NCBI GenBank assembly: GCA_012518435.1
Contig: JAAYSG010000025.1
Span: forward strand, 7,055-71,054
DNA from: Bacillota bacterium
Lineage (GTDB): Bacteria; Bacillota; DTU030
DNA: 64,000 nucleotides
Direction of reading: 5' to 3'
Shown: positions 49,382-59,138 of the stretch, in pieces
Layout of the letters: every line of letters begins with the position of its first letter
Numbering within the stretch: position 1 is the stretch's first letter
Translations under genes and position numbers: made by a program
The notes under the pieces: model-generated
The model's input: the letters and a program-made list of their open reading frames with translations, nothing else
The model's database searches: none
Told to the model about the DNA's origin: nothing

Positions 49382-49723
49382 ATGGTAGAAAAGAATTATC
49401 CCTTTACCTTAACCAACAAGAAATGTATTGAAAGAATTTTGGCGGATGATAATGTGGCCATCAATCATATGGTCTTACCCAAGGGGGAAGGGCTGCCGGA
49501 GCACTACTCAGATTCCCATGTCTATATGATCGTTGTGCGGGGACAAATTACCCTAAAACTAAATGAAGAAGAAGCAAACTCCCACCCCGCCGGCAGCATA
49601 CTGAACATTCCCTATAAAACTAAAATGAATGTTTACAATGCCGGGGAGGAGGTTACAGAATTATTTGTTGTCAAAGCACCCAGCCCCAAAACAATGCGCA
49701 GCCGGGAAAACAAGGGATCGTGA
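49382..49723 (+). CDS. cupin-domain protein
   Basis: RBS AAGGAGTGAGGG; cupin-like motif G.GLPEHYSDSH..Y.IVVRG. Confidence 0.5.
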   Translation: MVEKNYPFTLTNKKCIERILADDNVAINHMVLPKGEGLPEHYSDSHVYMIVVRGQITLKLNEEEANSHPAGSILNIPYKTKMNVYNAGEEVTELFVVKAPSPKTMRSRENKGS

Positions 49724-50385
49724 CAAGGGAATATCCAAATTTAAGGAAAAAGATCATAGTTGCCTGTCAAGAAATGGTGGAGGAAGGGCTGATAGTTGGA
49801 ACCTGGGGCAATATCTCCATAAGAATCCCGGAGCAACCCAAGGCCTTTTTAATCACACCCAGTGGCTTGGATTACTTTTTAACAAAAACGGAGGACCTGG
49901 TGCTGGTCGATCTGAAGGGTAATATACTGTCCGGACACCGCAAACCTTCCTCAGAAGTTCATATGCACCGACTAATCTACAAAAATCGGGATGATATAAA
50001 GGCCATCGTTCACAGCCATTCCCCCCATGCCAGCGTCCTATGTGCTGCCCAAAGGGCAATTCCTCCCCTTTTGGAAGACCTGGTGCAAATTGTCGGTGGA
50101 GGTGTGGATGTGACACCCTATGTGGCTGGACGCAGGCACTTGCAGTTGGGAGAAGCCGCCTGCAAGGCCCTTGGCCCCAAGAAGTTTGCCCTCCTTCTGG
50201 CCAACCATGGACCAGTGGCCTGTGGCAGATCGTTGCCAGAGGCGATGACTGTTGCCCGGGTTGTTGAAAAGGCAGCCAAGGTATACATTGGGACCCAATT
50301 GGTTGGTGGTGCGGTGGAAATACCAAAGGAGGACGTCAAAGAGGAGCGGGAACACTTCTTGCACAAGTACGGGCAACGAGACTAA
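49720..50385 (+). CDS. class II aldolase/adducin-family protein (fuculose-phosphate aldolase / MtnB-like)
   Basis: GTG start overlapping cupin stop; metal-binding His motifs EVHMH and HSHSPH. Confidence 0.75.
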   Translation: MTREYPNLRKKIIVACQEMVEEGLIVGTWGNISIRIPEQPKAFLITPSGLDYFLTKTEDLVLVDLKGNILSGHRKPSSEVHMHRLIYKNRDDIKAIVHSHSPHASVLCAAQRAIPPLLEDLVQIVGGGVDVTPYVAGRRHLQLGEAACKALGPKKFALLLANHGPVACGRSLPEAMTVARVVEKAAKVYIGTQLVGGAVEIPKEDVKEEREHFLHKYGQRD

Positions 50386-50392
50386 AGAGAGA

Positions 50393-50424
50393 AAGGCCGG
50401 GGTATGGAACCGGCCTTTTTGTTG
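50393..50424 (+). terminator. Rho-independent terminator after aldolase gene
   Basis: AAGGCCGG-ggtatggaa-CCGGCCTT then TTTGTTG. Confidence 0.7.
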
Positions 50425-50486
50425 ATTACCTGCACAGCAAATTGTAAACCCCCAGGACCCCGTCCCCCTGCGGCAGGATTAAACCC

Positions 50487-51068
50487 CTAGGCATTTCCTT
50501 CCAAGCCCAACTCCTGGGCCGCCTTTTGCATGCCAGCAATGGTTTCCGCAAATATTTCGTTGAGTTCCATCCCCAGCATTTCCGCTCCCGCGGCAATAAC
50601 CTCTCTATTGACCCCCGCAGCAAAACTTTTTTGTTTCCATTTTTTCCGCAAGGATTTAACCTTTAAATCCAGGATACTCTTGCTAGGACGCATAAGGACC
50701 GTTGCCACTATTAAACCAGTCAATTCATCAATTGTATATAGAACTTTTTCCATGGTCTCCACCGGTTTAACATCGGTACAAATGTTCCAGCCATGACTTT
50801 CAATAGCCCGGATATAGTCTTCGGGCCAATTTTCTTCAGTCAATATTTCCCTTACTTTTTTGCAGTGTTCTTCTGGGTACATTTCATAGTCCAAATCGTG
50901 GACTAGACCAATAACCCTCCATTTTTCCCTATTTTCCGGATCTAATTTTTCGGCAAAATGGGTCATGACTGCTTCCACAGCCAGGGAATGTTTGAGCAGG
51001 TTCTCATTCTTCATATACCTAGTCAAGAGTGCATAGGCATCTTCCCTACTGGGCACCTTTTTCCCCAT
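50487..51068 (-). CDS. HD-domain phosphohydrolase
   Basis: HD motif region SLAVEAV...GLVHDLDYE. Confidence 0.6.
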   Translation of the reverse strand: MGKKVPSREDAYALLTRYMKNENLLKHSLAVEAVMTHFAEKLDPENREKWRVIGLVHDLDYEMYPEEHCKKVREILTEENWPEDYIRAIESHGWNICTDVKPVETMEKVLYTIDELTGLIVATVLMRPSKSILDLKVKSLRKKWKQKSFAAGVNREVIAAGAEMLGMELNEIFAETIAGMQKAAQELGLEGNA

Positions 51069-51294
51069 GCGATAAAACCCCTTTCTAAAATTGGCAGTTA
51101 ATTTTTCCCCGATTTCCAGTTTCCTCTATTGTAACCGTCCTTAGAGGCAAGATCAAGTTTCTGGCCATTTCCCCCCCAACCATCCTCGGTGGGGTCTACA
51201 CCACCGGGAAATAAATTTTTGCAGTGACAATTTTTCTTGACATGGGCGGTATGGATGTGGTACCGTTAACTAGGGAAAAGCCCATGGCAAGATA

Positions 51295-51388
51295 AAAATC
51301 CTACGGGGAGCCGAAATCATGGCTGAGAGTGAACCAACCGGTTCAGACCCTAAGAACCTGATCTGGGTAATGCCAGCGGAGGGATTTT
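51295..51388 (+). ncRNA. TPP (THI-box) riboswitch upstream of thiW-thiM
   Basis: Conserved CTGAGAG and AACCTGATCTGGGTAATGCCAGCGGAGGGA elements; P1 AAATCC/GGATTT; T-tract about 51470 as expression-platform terminator. Confidence 0.85.
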
Positions 51389-51644
51389 AACCCTAAATAA
51401 GTACTCTTAGCATATTTCGACCAAGGGGTGGAAGATCCCTACTACGGTCTAGCTCTCCGGAAACGGGGGGCTGTTTTTTTCTGGGCATTCCCGGCGGAAC
51501 ATACTCTGGGGGTGATTTACTACCGGCATTTGCCTCATTTTGCTGGGAAAGGCTTAATAATTGCACCGTTACTATTTTGACCTCTGTGGCTACCCGTTGC
51601 CAAATGCAAGTGTAAGAGGCAATATAAAGGAGGATTGATGGCAA

Positions 51645-52145
51645 GTGAAAACACAAAAGTTAACCTGGGCGGCCCTACTTATTGCAATTGCTACCCTAAC
51701 AGGTCATGTCTTTTATATACCGGTAGGTGCCTCCAAATGCTTTCCCATTCAACACACGGTAAACGTATTATCGGCTATCATGCTGGGGCCCTGGTATGCC
51801 CTTGCCACTGCCTTTGTAACTTCCCTCTTAAGGAATATCCTTGGGACCGGTTCCCTTTTGGCATTTCCCGGTAGCATGTTCGGTGCCTTATTGGCTGGCC
51901 TAATATACCAAAGGAGTGGTAGCCAGCTACTGGCCTCCCTGGGGGAGGTTTTTGGAACCGGCATTTTGGGGGCCATAGCCTGCTATCCCCTTATAAAGCT
52001 AGTCATGGGCCAGGAGACGGCCATCTTCTTTTATGTGGTACCCTTTATGACCAGTACCATTGGCGGCACCATAATCGCCAATCTACTATTAAAGGCCTTA
52101 ACCAGCCTTAACTTGGTGGGGGTAAACTCTAAGGGAAACATATAA
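51645..52145 (+). CDS. thiW: ThiW-like predicted thiazole (HET) transporter
   Basis: 166 aa, 5 TM, TPP-riboswitch-controlled, directly upstream of thiM. Confidence 0.65.
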   Translation: MKTQKLTWAALLIAIATLTGHVFYIPVGASKCFPIQHTVNVLSAIMLGPWYALATAFVTSLLRNILGTGSLLAFPGSMFGALLAGLIYQRSGSQLLASLGEVFGTGILGAIACYPLIKLVMGQETAIFFYVVPFMTSTIGGTIIANLLLKALTSLNLVGVNSKGNI

Positions 52146-52208
52146 ACAAGCGGGGCGGAGGCTAGTTTACCTGCGCCAGACCAATTTTAGTGCTGGAGAT
52201 GATATTAA

Positions 52209-53021
52209 ATGGAAGTCCTTGAAACGGCAGCGGCACTGGTGCCCCTAATAAGGGAAAAGAAACCCTTGATACACCACATCACCAACTATGTCACCATAAA
52301 CGATTGCGCCAATATCACCCTGGCCATAGGCGCCTCCCCCATCATGGCAATTGACAAGGCCGAAGTGGAAGAGATTGCCGCAAAGGCGGCGGCTTTGCTT
52401 TTAAACATCGGTACCCCAACCCTAGCCTCCATAGAATCCATGCTTTTGGCGGGTAAAAAAGCAAATGAATTTGGTGTGCCCGTTATTCTTGATCCCGTCG
52501 GGGCCGGATTTACCCAATTGAGACGGATGGCGGTTTCCAATATTTTAAAGACGGTAAAATTGGCCGTGATAAGGGGAAACGCGGCAGAAATCGGTTTTTT
52601 AGCTGGGGCAAACACAAACATCAAGGGCGTAGATTCCACAATCACTGGGGAGAATAATGATAAAATAGCCCGGGAGCTGGCGGCACAATTAGGATGCGTA
52701 GTGGTGATAACTGGCGAAAAGGATCTTATTTCCGCCGGAAACAAGGTATATTGCACCGCCAATGGCCACAAAATGTTAACACAAATTACCGGAACAGGCT
52801 GCATGATTTCCTCCTTAATTGCCGCCTTTGCCGCCGTTACCGATAATTATCTGGCCGCTGCCCTGGGGGGAGTACTGGCCATGGGGATAGCCGGTGAAAC
52901 CGCCTATCATTCCCCCGGTGGCCCGAAAGGCCCAGGAACATTGAAGGTAAAAATCTTCGATCATATTTCTACTCTTACCCCGGATACCATCAAGGGGCTG
53001 GCAAAGCTAACAAACCCCTGA
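52209..53021 (+). CDS. thiM: hydroxyethylthiazole kinase
   Basis: 270 aa; N-terminal PLIHHITNYVTINDCANITLAIGASPIMA. Confidence 0.85.
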   Translation: MEVLETAAALVPLIREKKPLIHHITNYVTINDCANITLAIGASPIMAIDKAEVEEIAAKAAALLLNIGTPTLASIESMLLAGKKANEFGVPVILDPVGAGFTQLRRMAVSNILKTVKLAVIRGNAAEIGFLAGANTNIKGVDSTITGENNDKIARELAAQLGCVVVITGEKDLISAGNKVYCTANGHKMLTQITGTGCMISSLIAAFAAVTDNYLAAALGGVLAMGIAGETAYHSPGGPKGPGTLKVKIFDHISTLTPDTIKGLAKLTNP

Positions 53022-53066
53022 AATTTTAGTGGGCCCAGCCCCTTCGCCGGGCCCACTAAAACTATT

Positions 53067-54032
53067 CTATCTTGGGCTCAGGGGTATTTCCACCATATAC
53101 GCTTTTGAGCCATCTTTAGCGCTTTCACTATATAGTTGCAAGGTCAGCCCATCCAGCTCCGTATCCACTGCAAGGTGTATTGTCCTTTCAAAATAACCCC
53201 AGTCCAACATTGCCGCCGTGATAAAACCCCGTTCTAACACCTGGTCCCCTTTTGTTAATAGTTCATAGCTGACGGTCCCTTCGAAAACACTGGCTATTCC
53301 CGTCAGCCTTATCCTATCCTTGACTTCCTCTCCCGGAAGGGGACTAAACACCTTAATCCATTCCGAAGATGCGACAAGGGGCCTGTCGATTGTCCCCGGG
53401 CCCAAGAGTCTCATAAAATGCCTGTCGGGATCACGGATGTCAGTAAAACGTAGGGGGAGATCTTCATTTTCTAGGATAATCAAATCATGGGGATAAGTAA
53501 GGGCCTGGGTTACCATTTGACCTTCCTTTGGTTCAGATGAGCTAATTAGGATTTCCAACTCAGCACCCCCCTCCACAACCTTCGTCACCTCCACACTATA
53601 ACCACCCGTTGGTTTCATTCCCTCGGTAATTAAAACATACCTATGGCCATTATGGTGTTTTTCTTGTACTGCCGGCACTTCCCGGGAATAGTCGATCCAA
53701 TCCCGTATTTCCTTTGGCAGGCTACCTTTATCCGGTCTGTAAAAACCCGACCGAAATTCCACCTTCTCCCCCCCGGTTCTAATAAACACGGTCCTATTTT
53801 CCTCATCCCAGCTTACATCTGCACCAAACCCCCGGACAAGATCCCGTATGGGAACCATTAGCCGTCCCTCTTTAATAAGTGGTGCCACTGTAAATTCCAA
53901 TTCTACCCCATCCAAAACAACCTTTACTACTTCTTGCTGGGCCTGAACCGATACAACAAAAACTAGTAAAAGTAAAAGTGACACTAATATTACAAAAAAC
54001 CTTTTACCCATCCTCTCCCACACTCCCTTCAT
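53067..54032 (-). CDS. secreted stalk-domain (copper amine oxidase N-terminal-like) plus Gmad2-like Ig domain protein
   Basis: Signal peptide after MKGVWERMGKRFFVIL; RLMVPIRDLVRGFGADVSWD stalk-domain motif; RBS GGGGGAGGAG. Confidence 0.55.
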   Translation of the reverse strand: MKGVWERMGKRFFVILVSLLLLLVFVVSVQAQQEVVKVVLDGVELEFTVAPLIKEGRLMVPIRDLVRGFGADVSWDEENRTVFIRTGGEKVEFRSGFYRPDKGSLPKEIRDWIDYSREVPAVQEKHHNGHRYVLITEGMKPTGGYSVEVTKVVEGGAELEILISSSEPKEGQMVTQALTYPHDLIILENEDLPLRFTDIRDPDRHFMRLLGPGTIDRPLVASSEWIKVFSPLPGEEVKDRIRLTGIASVFEGTVSYELLTKGDQVLERGFITAAMLDWGYFERTIHLAVDTELDGLTLQLYSESAKDGSKAYMVEIPLSPR

Positions 54033-54199
54033 TTTTTCTCCTCCCCCTAGGGACTCTGTAGCCAAGCAATTTGTTCCCTCATACAGCCCCAACTCCTTCT
54101 CACAACAATTTTTGCCTGGGGGAAAAACAACAACAGCAAGAACCCCAAAGGTCGGTTTTTTATAATTCCATTGCCTTTACCCCTCCAACAAACACCGGA

Positions 54200-54238
54200 C
54201 AAAAAACGGCCAGGCATTCCCGCCTAGGGCCGTTTTTT
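54200..54238. terminator. bidirectional terminator
   Basis: AAAAAACGGCC...GGCCGTTTTTT. Confidence 0.65.
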
Positions 54239-54287
54239 GTATCACTCAAACCACACCGTGCTAATCCTTTTCCCGAAGTACAGGGAT

Positions 54288-54542
54288 TTAAGATTTAATA
54301 ACACCATCCATCCGCTCTTTGCCAGAACCCTTAAGGGTAAAGGTCTTGCAACATGTTTCCATGCAATGCTCCGCTGGCGTGGCTGGCATAATTGAGGCCT
54401 GGGGTGCATCGATAGTGTCGGGGGCGGGGTCGGCCATGCTGTCCGCGGTCACCATAATCATATCAGCGCCGCAGTGATTGCCAGATTCCCAATAATGACA
54501 GCTATCAACACTGCACATAATTTGTTGTTTCCCATTAGCCAT
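54288..54542 (-). CDS. DUF1540 family protein
   Basis: Repeated Cys motifs CSVDSCHYW..NHC.A and CMETCCKTF typical of DUF1540. Confidence 0.6.
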   Translation of the reverse strand: MANGKQQIMCSVDSCHYWESGNHCGADMIMVTADSMADPAPDTIDAPQASIMPATPAEHCMETCCKTFTLKGSGKERMDGVIKS

Positions 54543-54607
54543 CTTCATCACCTCCACTGTTAGAATGCCCCGTAAAGCATGGAAACTATGTAAAACCTTT
54601 TGCTTTT

Positions 54608-56200
54608 TTATTCCCTATACACATCCACCCGCCACAGTTCTTCCTGCCACTTTACCCCAACTCCCAACAGTTCACCAAGGTAACGCAAGGGCACCATTGT
54701 TCGGCCATTATTAATAACCGCCGTGGTATCCATCAGATAGGCCTTATTATTTACCAAGGCCCCCCGCTGATCAATGGTCAGGATAATCTCCCTATCCCCC
54801 CTAGAAATATAAACCTTCCGACCCAGTCCATCCCAACTAACATCCGCACCAAGTGTTTCCGCAATGAAGCGCACCGGAACCATGGTACGACCGGCGGAAT
54901 TTATATAGGGCGCCACATCAAATATTATAGGTATACCATCGACATAGATTGCAACCTGTTTTTTGCCCTGACCCTTTTCCGGCGAGGAAGGGGCATAGAG
55001 GAGATATTTTTCCCTTTCTTCCTTAAACCTTTCCAACTGGGGCTGATATCTTTTTTCTATTTCTTGAGGGTCTAGGTTTTGCTCAAGGTACAAGCCGATT
55101 TTATCAGTACCCATTATTTTATCAAACATAACAAGCCTTGTTCCGCTTTTAGGGATTTTAAAATCCTTTTTCAGCTGTTTAGCGTAAGCCAGGGCATAAA
55201 AACCAGAACGGGCGGGGTTAAAGGTGCGGGGATCAGTAATTTCCAGTCTTACACCACCTGCATTGCCCCGGGGAGCAGGAATATATTTCACCCCTTCCAA
55301 TCCGGAGTTATTCAATAGGTGGGCAAACCTTTCCGAATCAATTCCATTTCCACCAACCCACTTAAACTGATCCCGCTGCCCCACCCCTGTCCCCTCACCC
55401 AAGCCCGTTGCCATATAGCAAAGGGCAGAAGTTAGATCAGGAATATTGGGGGAGGTTTGCACAAAGGGTAATCCCGTATCTAAAAAGGTCATATCCCGTG
55501 TATAACCTTTCATGGGAATTACAACTAGGTCCGCCCCAATTTTTCGGTTGAAGAAGACCGCCAGCTCCCCGGCAGTCATCCCATGGGCCATGGGAAGGTT
55601 GTCAACTCCCACAAAGCTAATGAACCTATCTTCCATTACCGGCCCCTCAACAATTGTTCCCCCCACGGGGTTGGGCCTATCCAAGACAATAACCCTTTTG
55701 CCACATCTTTGGGCGGCGACAAGACAGTAATTTAAGGTTGACATGTATGTATAGGTGCGGGCACCAATATCCTGAATATCAAAGAGTAGGACATCAATGG
55801 GAGCCAACATTTCTGGCGTGGGCATCCTGGTGGCCCCATAAAGACTGTACACCGGAAGATGATACTCCTCATGGATATAAGAGGGGACATATTCCCCAGC
55901 AGCGGCCTTGCCATCAATCCCATGCTCGGGACCATAAAGAGCCCGGAGATTGATATCCTTATCATAGAAGAGGATATCAATCAAACTGCGCCCCAGGCCA
56001 TCCACACCGGTTTGGTTAGTAACTAACCCTACCCTTTTTCCCGCCAAAAGATGGCGGTACTTGCTCAGCAGCACTTCATTGCCAAGTTGTACCCGAGGTG
56101 AAGCGCTGGACACAGGTTCTCCCAGAAGGGATATGAATAGTAATACCGTCAAGCAAATGATTATATTCCGATGGCTGGTTGATTTTTGCAACAAGTTCAT
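54608..56200 (-). CDS. DUF1343/NamZ-like exo-beta-N-acetylmuramidase fused to two C-terminal stalk domains
   Basis: KRVGLVTNQTG...YGPEHG DUF1343 signature; C-terminal RTMVPVRFIAETLGADVSWD and RTMVPLRYLGELLGVGVKWQ; signal peptide. Confidence 0.65.
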   Translation of the reverse strand: MNLLQKSTSHRNIIICLTVLLFISLLGEPVSSASPRVQLGNEVLLSKYRHLLAGKRVGLVTNQTGVDGLGRSLIDILFYDKDINLRALYGPEHGIDGKAAAGEYVPSYIHEEYHLPVYSLYGATRMPTPEMLAPIDVLLFDIQDIGARTYTYMSTLNYCLVAAQRCGKRVIVLDRPNPVGGTIVEGPVMEDRFISFVGVDNLPMAHGMTAGELAVFFNRKIGADLVVIPMKGYTRDMTFLDTGLPFVQTSPNIPDLTSALCYMATGLGEGTGVGQRDQFKWVGGNGIDSERFAHLLNNSGLEGVKYIPAPRGNAGGVRLEITDPRTFNPARSGFYALAYAKQLKKDFKIPKSGTRLVMFDKIMGTDKIGLYLEQNLDPQEIEKRYQPQLERFKEEREKYLLYAPSSPEKGQGKKQVAIYVDGIPIIFDVAPYINSAGRTMVPVRFIAETLGADVSWDGLGRKVYISRGDREIILTIDQRGALVNNKAYLMDTTAVINNGRTMVPLRYLGELLGVGVKWQEELWRVDVYRE

Positions 56201-56251
56201 TCCTCCCCCAAGGCATTTTACTGGTTTGCTAATGGCCATGATCGTAGTCTC

Positions 56252-57007
56252 CTATAAGGACGCAAGGGCTTTACTTAGGTTCCCTAAAACTTCCCCCGCC
56301 CTACCAATAATCTTTAGATCGAAGGAATAACCGGCACCCCGGTCTTCATTATTGATGAGGACCGTCTTCCCCCTGGTCCATAATGGAAGCTGGTTTACCG
56401 GATAAACCTCCAGGCTGGTTCCTATCACAAGCAGTAAATCACAGGACTCGATATCGGCTAAAGCGGCCTCCCAGACCTTGGGGGGCAATGCCTCACCAAA
56501 TAAAACGACATTGGGCCTTAGGGCCCTTTGTCCACAGGCCCGGCAGTCCTTTCCCGCAAAGAAATCCTCAATCTTTGCCCCCTCCCCACATTTATCACAT
56601 CTTATGCTTCTAATATTTCCGTGGAGTTCGTACACATTCTTATTGCCCGCCAGTGTATGTAAACCAGCCACATTCTGTGTAATGATACTCTCCAGCAGTC
56701 CCGCCTTTTCCAAGTCCGCCAAAACATAATGTCCCCTGTGGGGCATAATCCCCTCTAACAACTTAATGCGGAGGAGGTAAAATTCATGGAAGGTAGAATA
56801 ATCATTATAAAGACTATTTGTGCTTGCCACCAGACGAGGGTCAATCTGCCGCCACCAACCATTTTTGCTGCGAAAGTCCGGGATATTACTTTCCGTATCC
56901 ATACCAGCACCGGTGAGAATTACTGTTTTATTGGCCTCCTTGAGCATTGAAGCCAACTTGGATACACCAAGTTCCATTTCCTTCCCCTGAAATATTTTTT
57001 TCATCAA
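56252..57007 (-). CDS. cobB: NAD-dependent protein deacylase (Sir2 family)
   Basis: GAGMDTESNIPDFR NAD-binding motif and CDKCG...CRACG zinc ribbon. Confidence 0.8.
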   Translation of the reverse strand: MMKKIFQGKEMELGVSKLASMLKEANKTVILTGAGMDTESNIPDFRSKNGWWRQIDPRLVASTNSLYNDYSTFHEFYLLRIKLLEGIMPHRGHYVLADLEKAGLLESIITQNVAGLHTLAGNKNVYELHGNIRSIRCDKCGEGAKIEDFFAGKDCRACGQRALRPNVVLFGEALPPKVWEAALADIESCDLLLVIGTSLEVYPVNQLPLWTRGKTVLINNEDRGAGYSFDLKIIGRAGEVLGNLSKALASL

Positions 57008-57099
57008 AATCCCCTTTCCAATAATATTTGCCCCCTAGACCCTTGACAGCCCTAACCCAGTGTGATAAGTTTTTAATTGGGTTCAAAGACAATTCAGTT

Positions 57100-57205
57100 A
57101 ATAATATATGACATGGGGAGCCAGGTAACGGCTGAGAGTGAGCCTAAAGAGGTTCAGACCCACAGTACCTGATCTGGGTAATGCCAGCGGAGGGATGTAT
57201 AATTT
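57100..57205 (+). ncRNA. TPP riboswitch upstream of tenA
   Basis: GGCTGAGAGT and ACCTGATCTGGGTAATGCCAGCGGAGGGA elements. Confidence 0.85.
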
Positions 57206-57212
57206 TTAAACC

Positions 57213-57254
57213 GATGGGCACTAGACCAGCAGGGGCTAAGGTGCCCATTTTTTC
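57213..57254 (+). terminator. riboswitch expression-platform terminator
   Basis: GATGGGCAC...GTGCCCAT then TTTTTT. Confidence 0.7.
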
Positions 57255-57418
57255 ACCATAAAATTGTATTTCCCTTATCTCCCGGGGCAATGGGGACCCA
57301 GCCGTTGTAGCCCATGCTAAAACACGCCTTCCCCTTCTGGGAGCGCCCAGCTGCCTACTCCGGTACAGCATCTAACCACCTAAGGTAATCAAAATGTCCC
57401 ACCATTGTTTGAAGGGAG

Positions 57419-58096
57419 GTGAATGATGTGAGTTTCTGCGATGAATTGCGCTATTATGCCCGGGATATCTGGGACAACTGGCATAGCCACCCCTTTATAA
57501 CCGGCATCGGCGATGGTTCCCTTGATAGGGAAAAATACATATACTGGATCAAACAGGATTATGTATATTTGCGGGACTACGCCCGAGTTTTTGCCTTGGC
57601 AGGTGCTAAAGCCCGGGAATTGGCCGATATGCAAGATTTTGCCAAGCTGGTGGATGGAGTCCTCAACACTGAAATGGCCCTTCATCGGAATTACTGTTCC
57701 CAATTTGGCCTAGATGTGTCAGAACTAGATACCCCGGAAAAATCGCCCACATGCCAGGGATACACAGATTTTTTAGTGAGGACAGGTGCCATGGAAACGG
57801 TGGGAGTTACCATCGCCGCCCTATTGCCTTGCTTTTGGGGTTTTTATGAGATAGGCACCAGATTGCGGACCGTTGGCGATACCAGTGAAAACAACCCTTA
57901 CCGGGCCTGGATAGAAATGTATTCCTCGGCGGAATTTGCCAAGCTGGTGAAATGGAGCAAAAAGCTGACAGAAAAATATGCCCAGAATGCCGGTGCCAAA
58001 GAAAAGAAGGCAATGAAGGAAGCCTTCCTCATAAGCAGTAAATATGAATCCATGTTTTGGGAAATGGCTCAGGTCCTGGAAGAATGGAAGTATTGA
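57419..58096 (+). CDS. tenA: thiaminase II / aminopyrimidine aminohydrolase TenA
   Basis: 225 aa; TenA pattern HPFITGIGDGSLDREKYIYWIKQDYVYL. Confidence 0.8.
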   Translation: MNDVSFCDELRYYARDIWDNWHSHPFITGIGDGSLDREKYIYWIKQDYVYLRDYARVFALAGAKARELADMQDFAKLVDGVLNTEMALHRNYCSQFGLDVSELDTPEKSPTCQGYTDFLVRTGAMETVGVTIAALLPCFWGFYEIGTRLRTVGDTSENNPYRAWIEMYSSAEFAKLVKWSKKLTEKYAQNAGAKEKKAMKEAFLISSKYESMFWEMAQVLEEWKY

Positions 58097-58165
58097 TGCC
58101 TTCACCGAAGAAACAACTAAAGCAGAGGCCGCCTCATCCGGCGGCCTTCCAACATATCTTGCCCC

Positions 58166-58357
58166 TTACTCCACTTCCTGAATGGCGTCCACCGGGCAAC
58201 TATCCATGGCTTCCCGTGCTTCCTCCTCCACATCTTCCGGAACTTCTTCCACAATGGCTTCCGCATTTCCATCTTCATTCCAGTCAAATACGGTTGGGCA
58301 TATGTCAATACACAGCCCACAGGCAATACATAGGTCCTGATCAACATAAAGTCTCAT
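58166..58357 (-). CDS. single-cluster 4Fe-4S ferredoxin
   Basis: CIACGLCIDICP ... CPVDAI. Confidence 0.75.
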   Translation of the reverse strand: MRLYVDQDLCIACGLCIDICPTVFDWNEDGNAEAIVEEVPEDVEEEAREAMDSCPVDAIQEVE

Positions 58358-58433
58358 GTGATCATCCCCCCATATTTAATATTGTCCTTCCCGGCTCCCC
58401 ATCTATGGTACCCCAAAAATTGCCGGATTTCAA

Positions 58434-58619
58434 CTATTCTACCAATGTTAGTATATCCTCGTTTTCATAAATATTCAGTGGGAATTTTTCCACCTCTATC
58501 TTTCCCTCTTTAGCACGGAAAATTAAATTATCACCTTCCTGCACCTCAAGTTTTTCCCTTATCCCCAGGGGAAGATTAACATTACCATACTGATCAATCT
58601 CGGCAATATACTCAGCCAT
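58434..58619 (-). CDS. AbrB/MazE/SpoVT-type swapped-hairpin small DNA-binding protein
   Basis: 61 aa; G.V.LP..IREKL.VQEGD.L pattern. Confidence 0.45.
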   Translation of the reverse strand: MAEYIAEIDQYGNVNLPLGIREKLEVQEGDNLIFRAKEGKIEVEKFPLNIYENEDILTLVE

Positions 58620-58716
58620 GCTTTCCCTCCTCCGAAAAATTATTGCAGATTATAGTTAGCATGCTAGCTTCCGGGCAAAATTATGAGTAAAATTGTTTTT
58701 CGGATGGAGGTATTGC

Positions 58717-59067
58717 CTAGGAAAAAAGGGATATGACAGCAATAAACTCCAGGTTTTCCTTACCGCTGTTTTCAATGGAATGGCTGGCACCCCCACCGGT
58801 CAAGACGGCATCACCGGGCCCAAGCTTGCAGACATCACCATTGTCATTAACGATAGCTTCACCCCGGAGGATGTAATAGATTTCCTCCTCCCCAAGATGG
58901 GGATGATAACCTATGGACCCCCCGGGGGGGATACTAATGCGGGCGCAGAGGCGGATCTTACTGCCCAATTCATCCTGGGTAAATATATGGGTCATCTCCA
59001 CCTGCCCCTTCCCATCTTGCATCCTCTCCCTAACTTCCTGAACCATATCCTTCCCGGAACGTATCAT
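58717..59067 (-). CDS. cupin-domain protein
   Basis: G.SIGYHPHLGEEEIYYILRG cupin motif 1; RBS AAGGGGG. Confidence 0.55.
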   Translation of the reverse strand: MIRSGKDMVQEVRERMQDGKGQVEMTHIFTQDELGSKIRLCARISIPPGGSIGYHPHLGEEEIYYILRGEAIVNDNGDVCKLGPGDAVLTGGGASHSIENSGKENLEFIAVISLFS

Positions 59068-59138
59068 TGCTGTGCCCCCTTTGCCAGTCCTTGGCAAATT
59101 TATCTTGTTGGAGATATATGGTGTATTGCGCCTACTCC

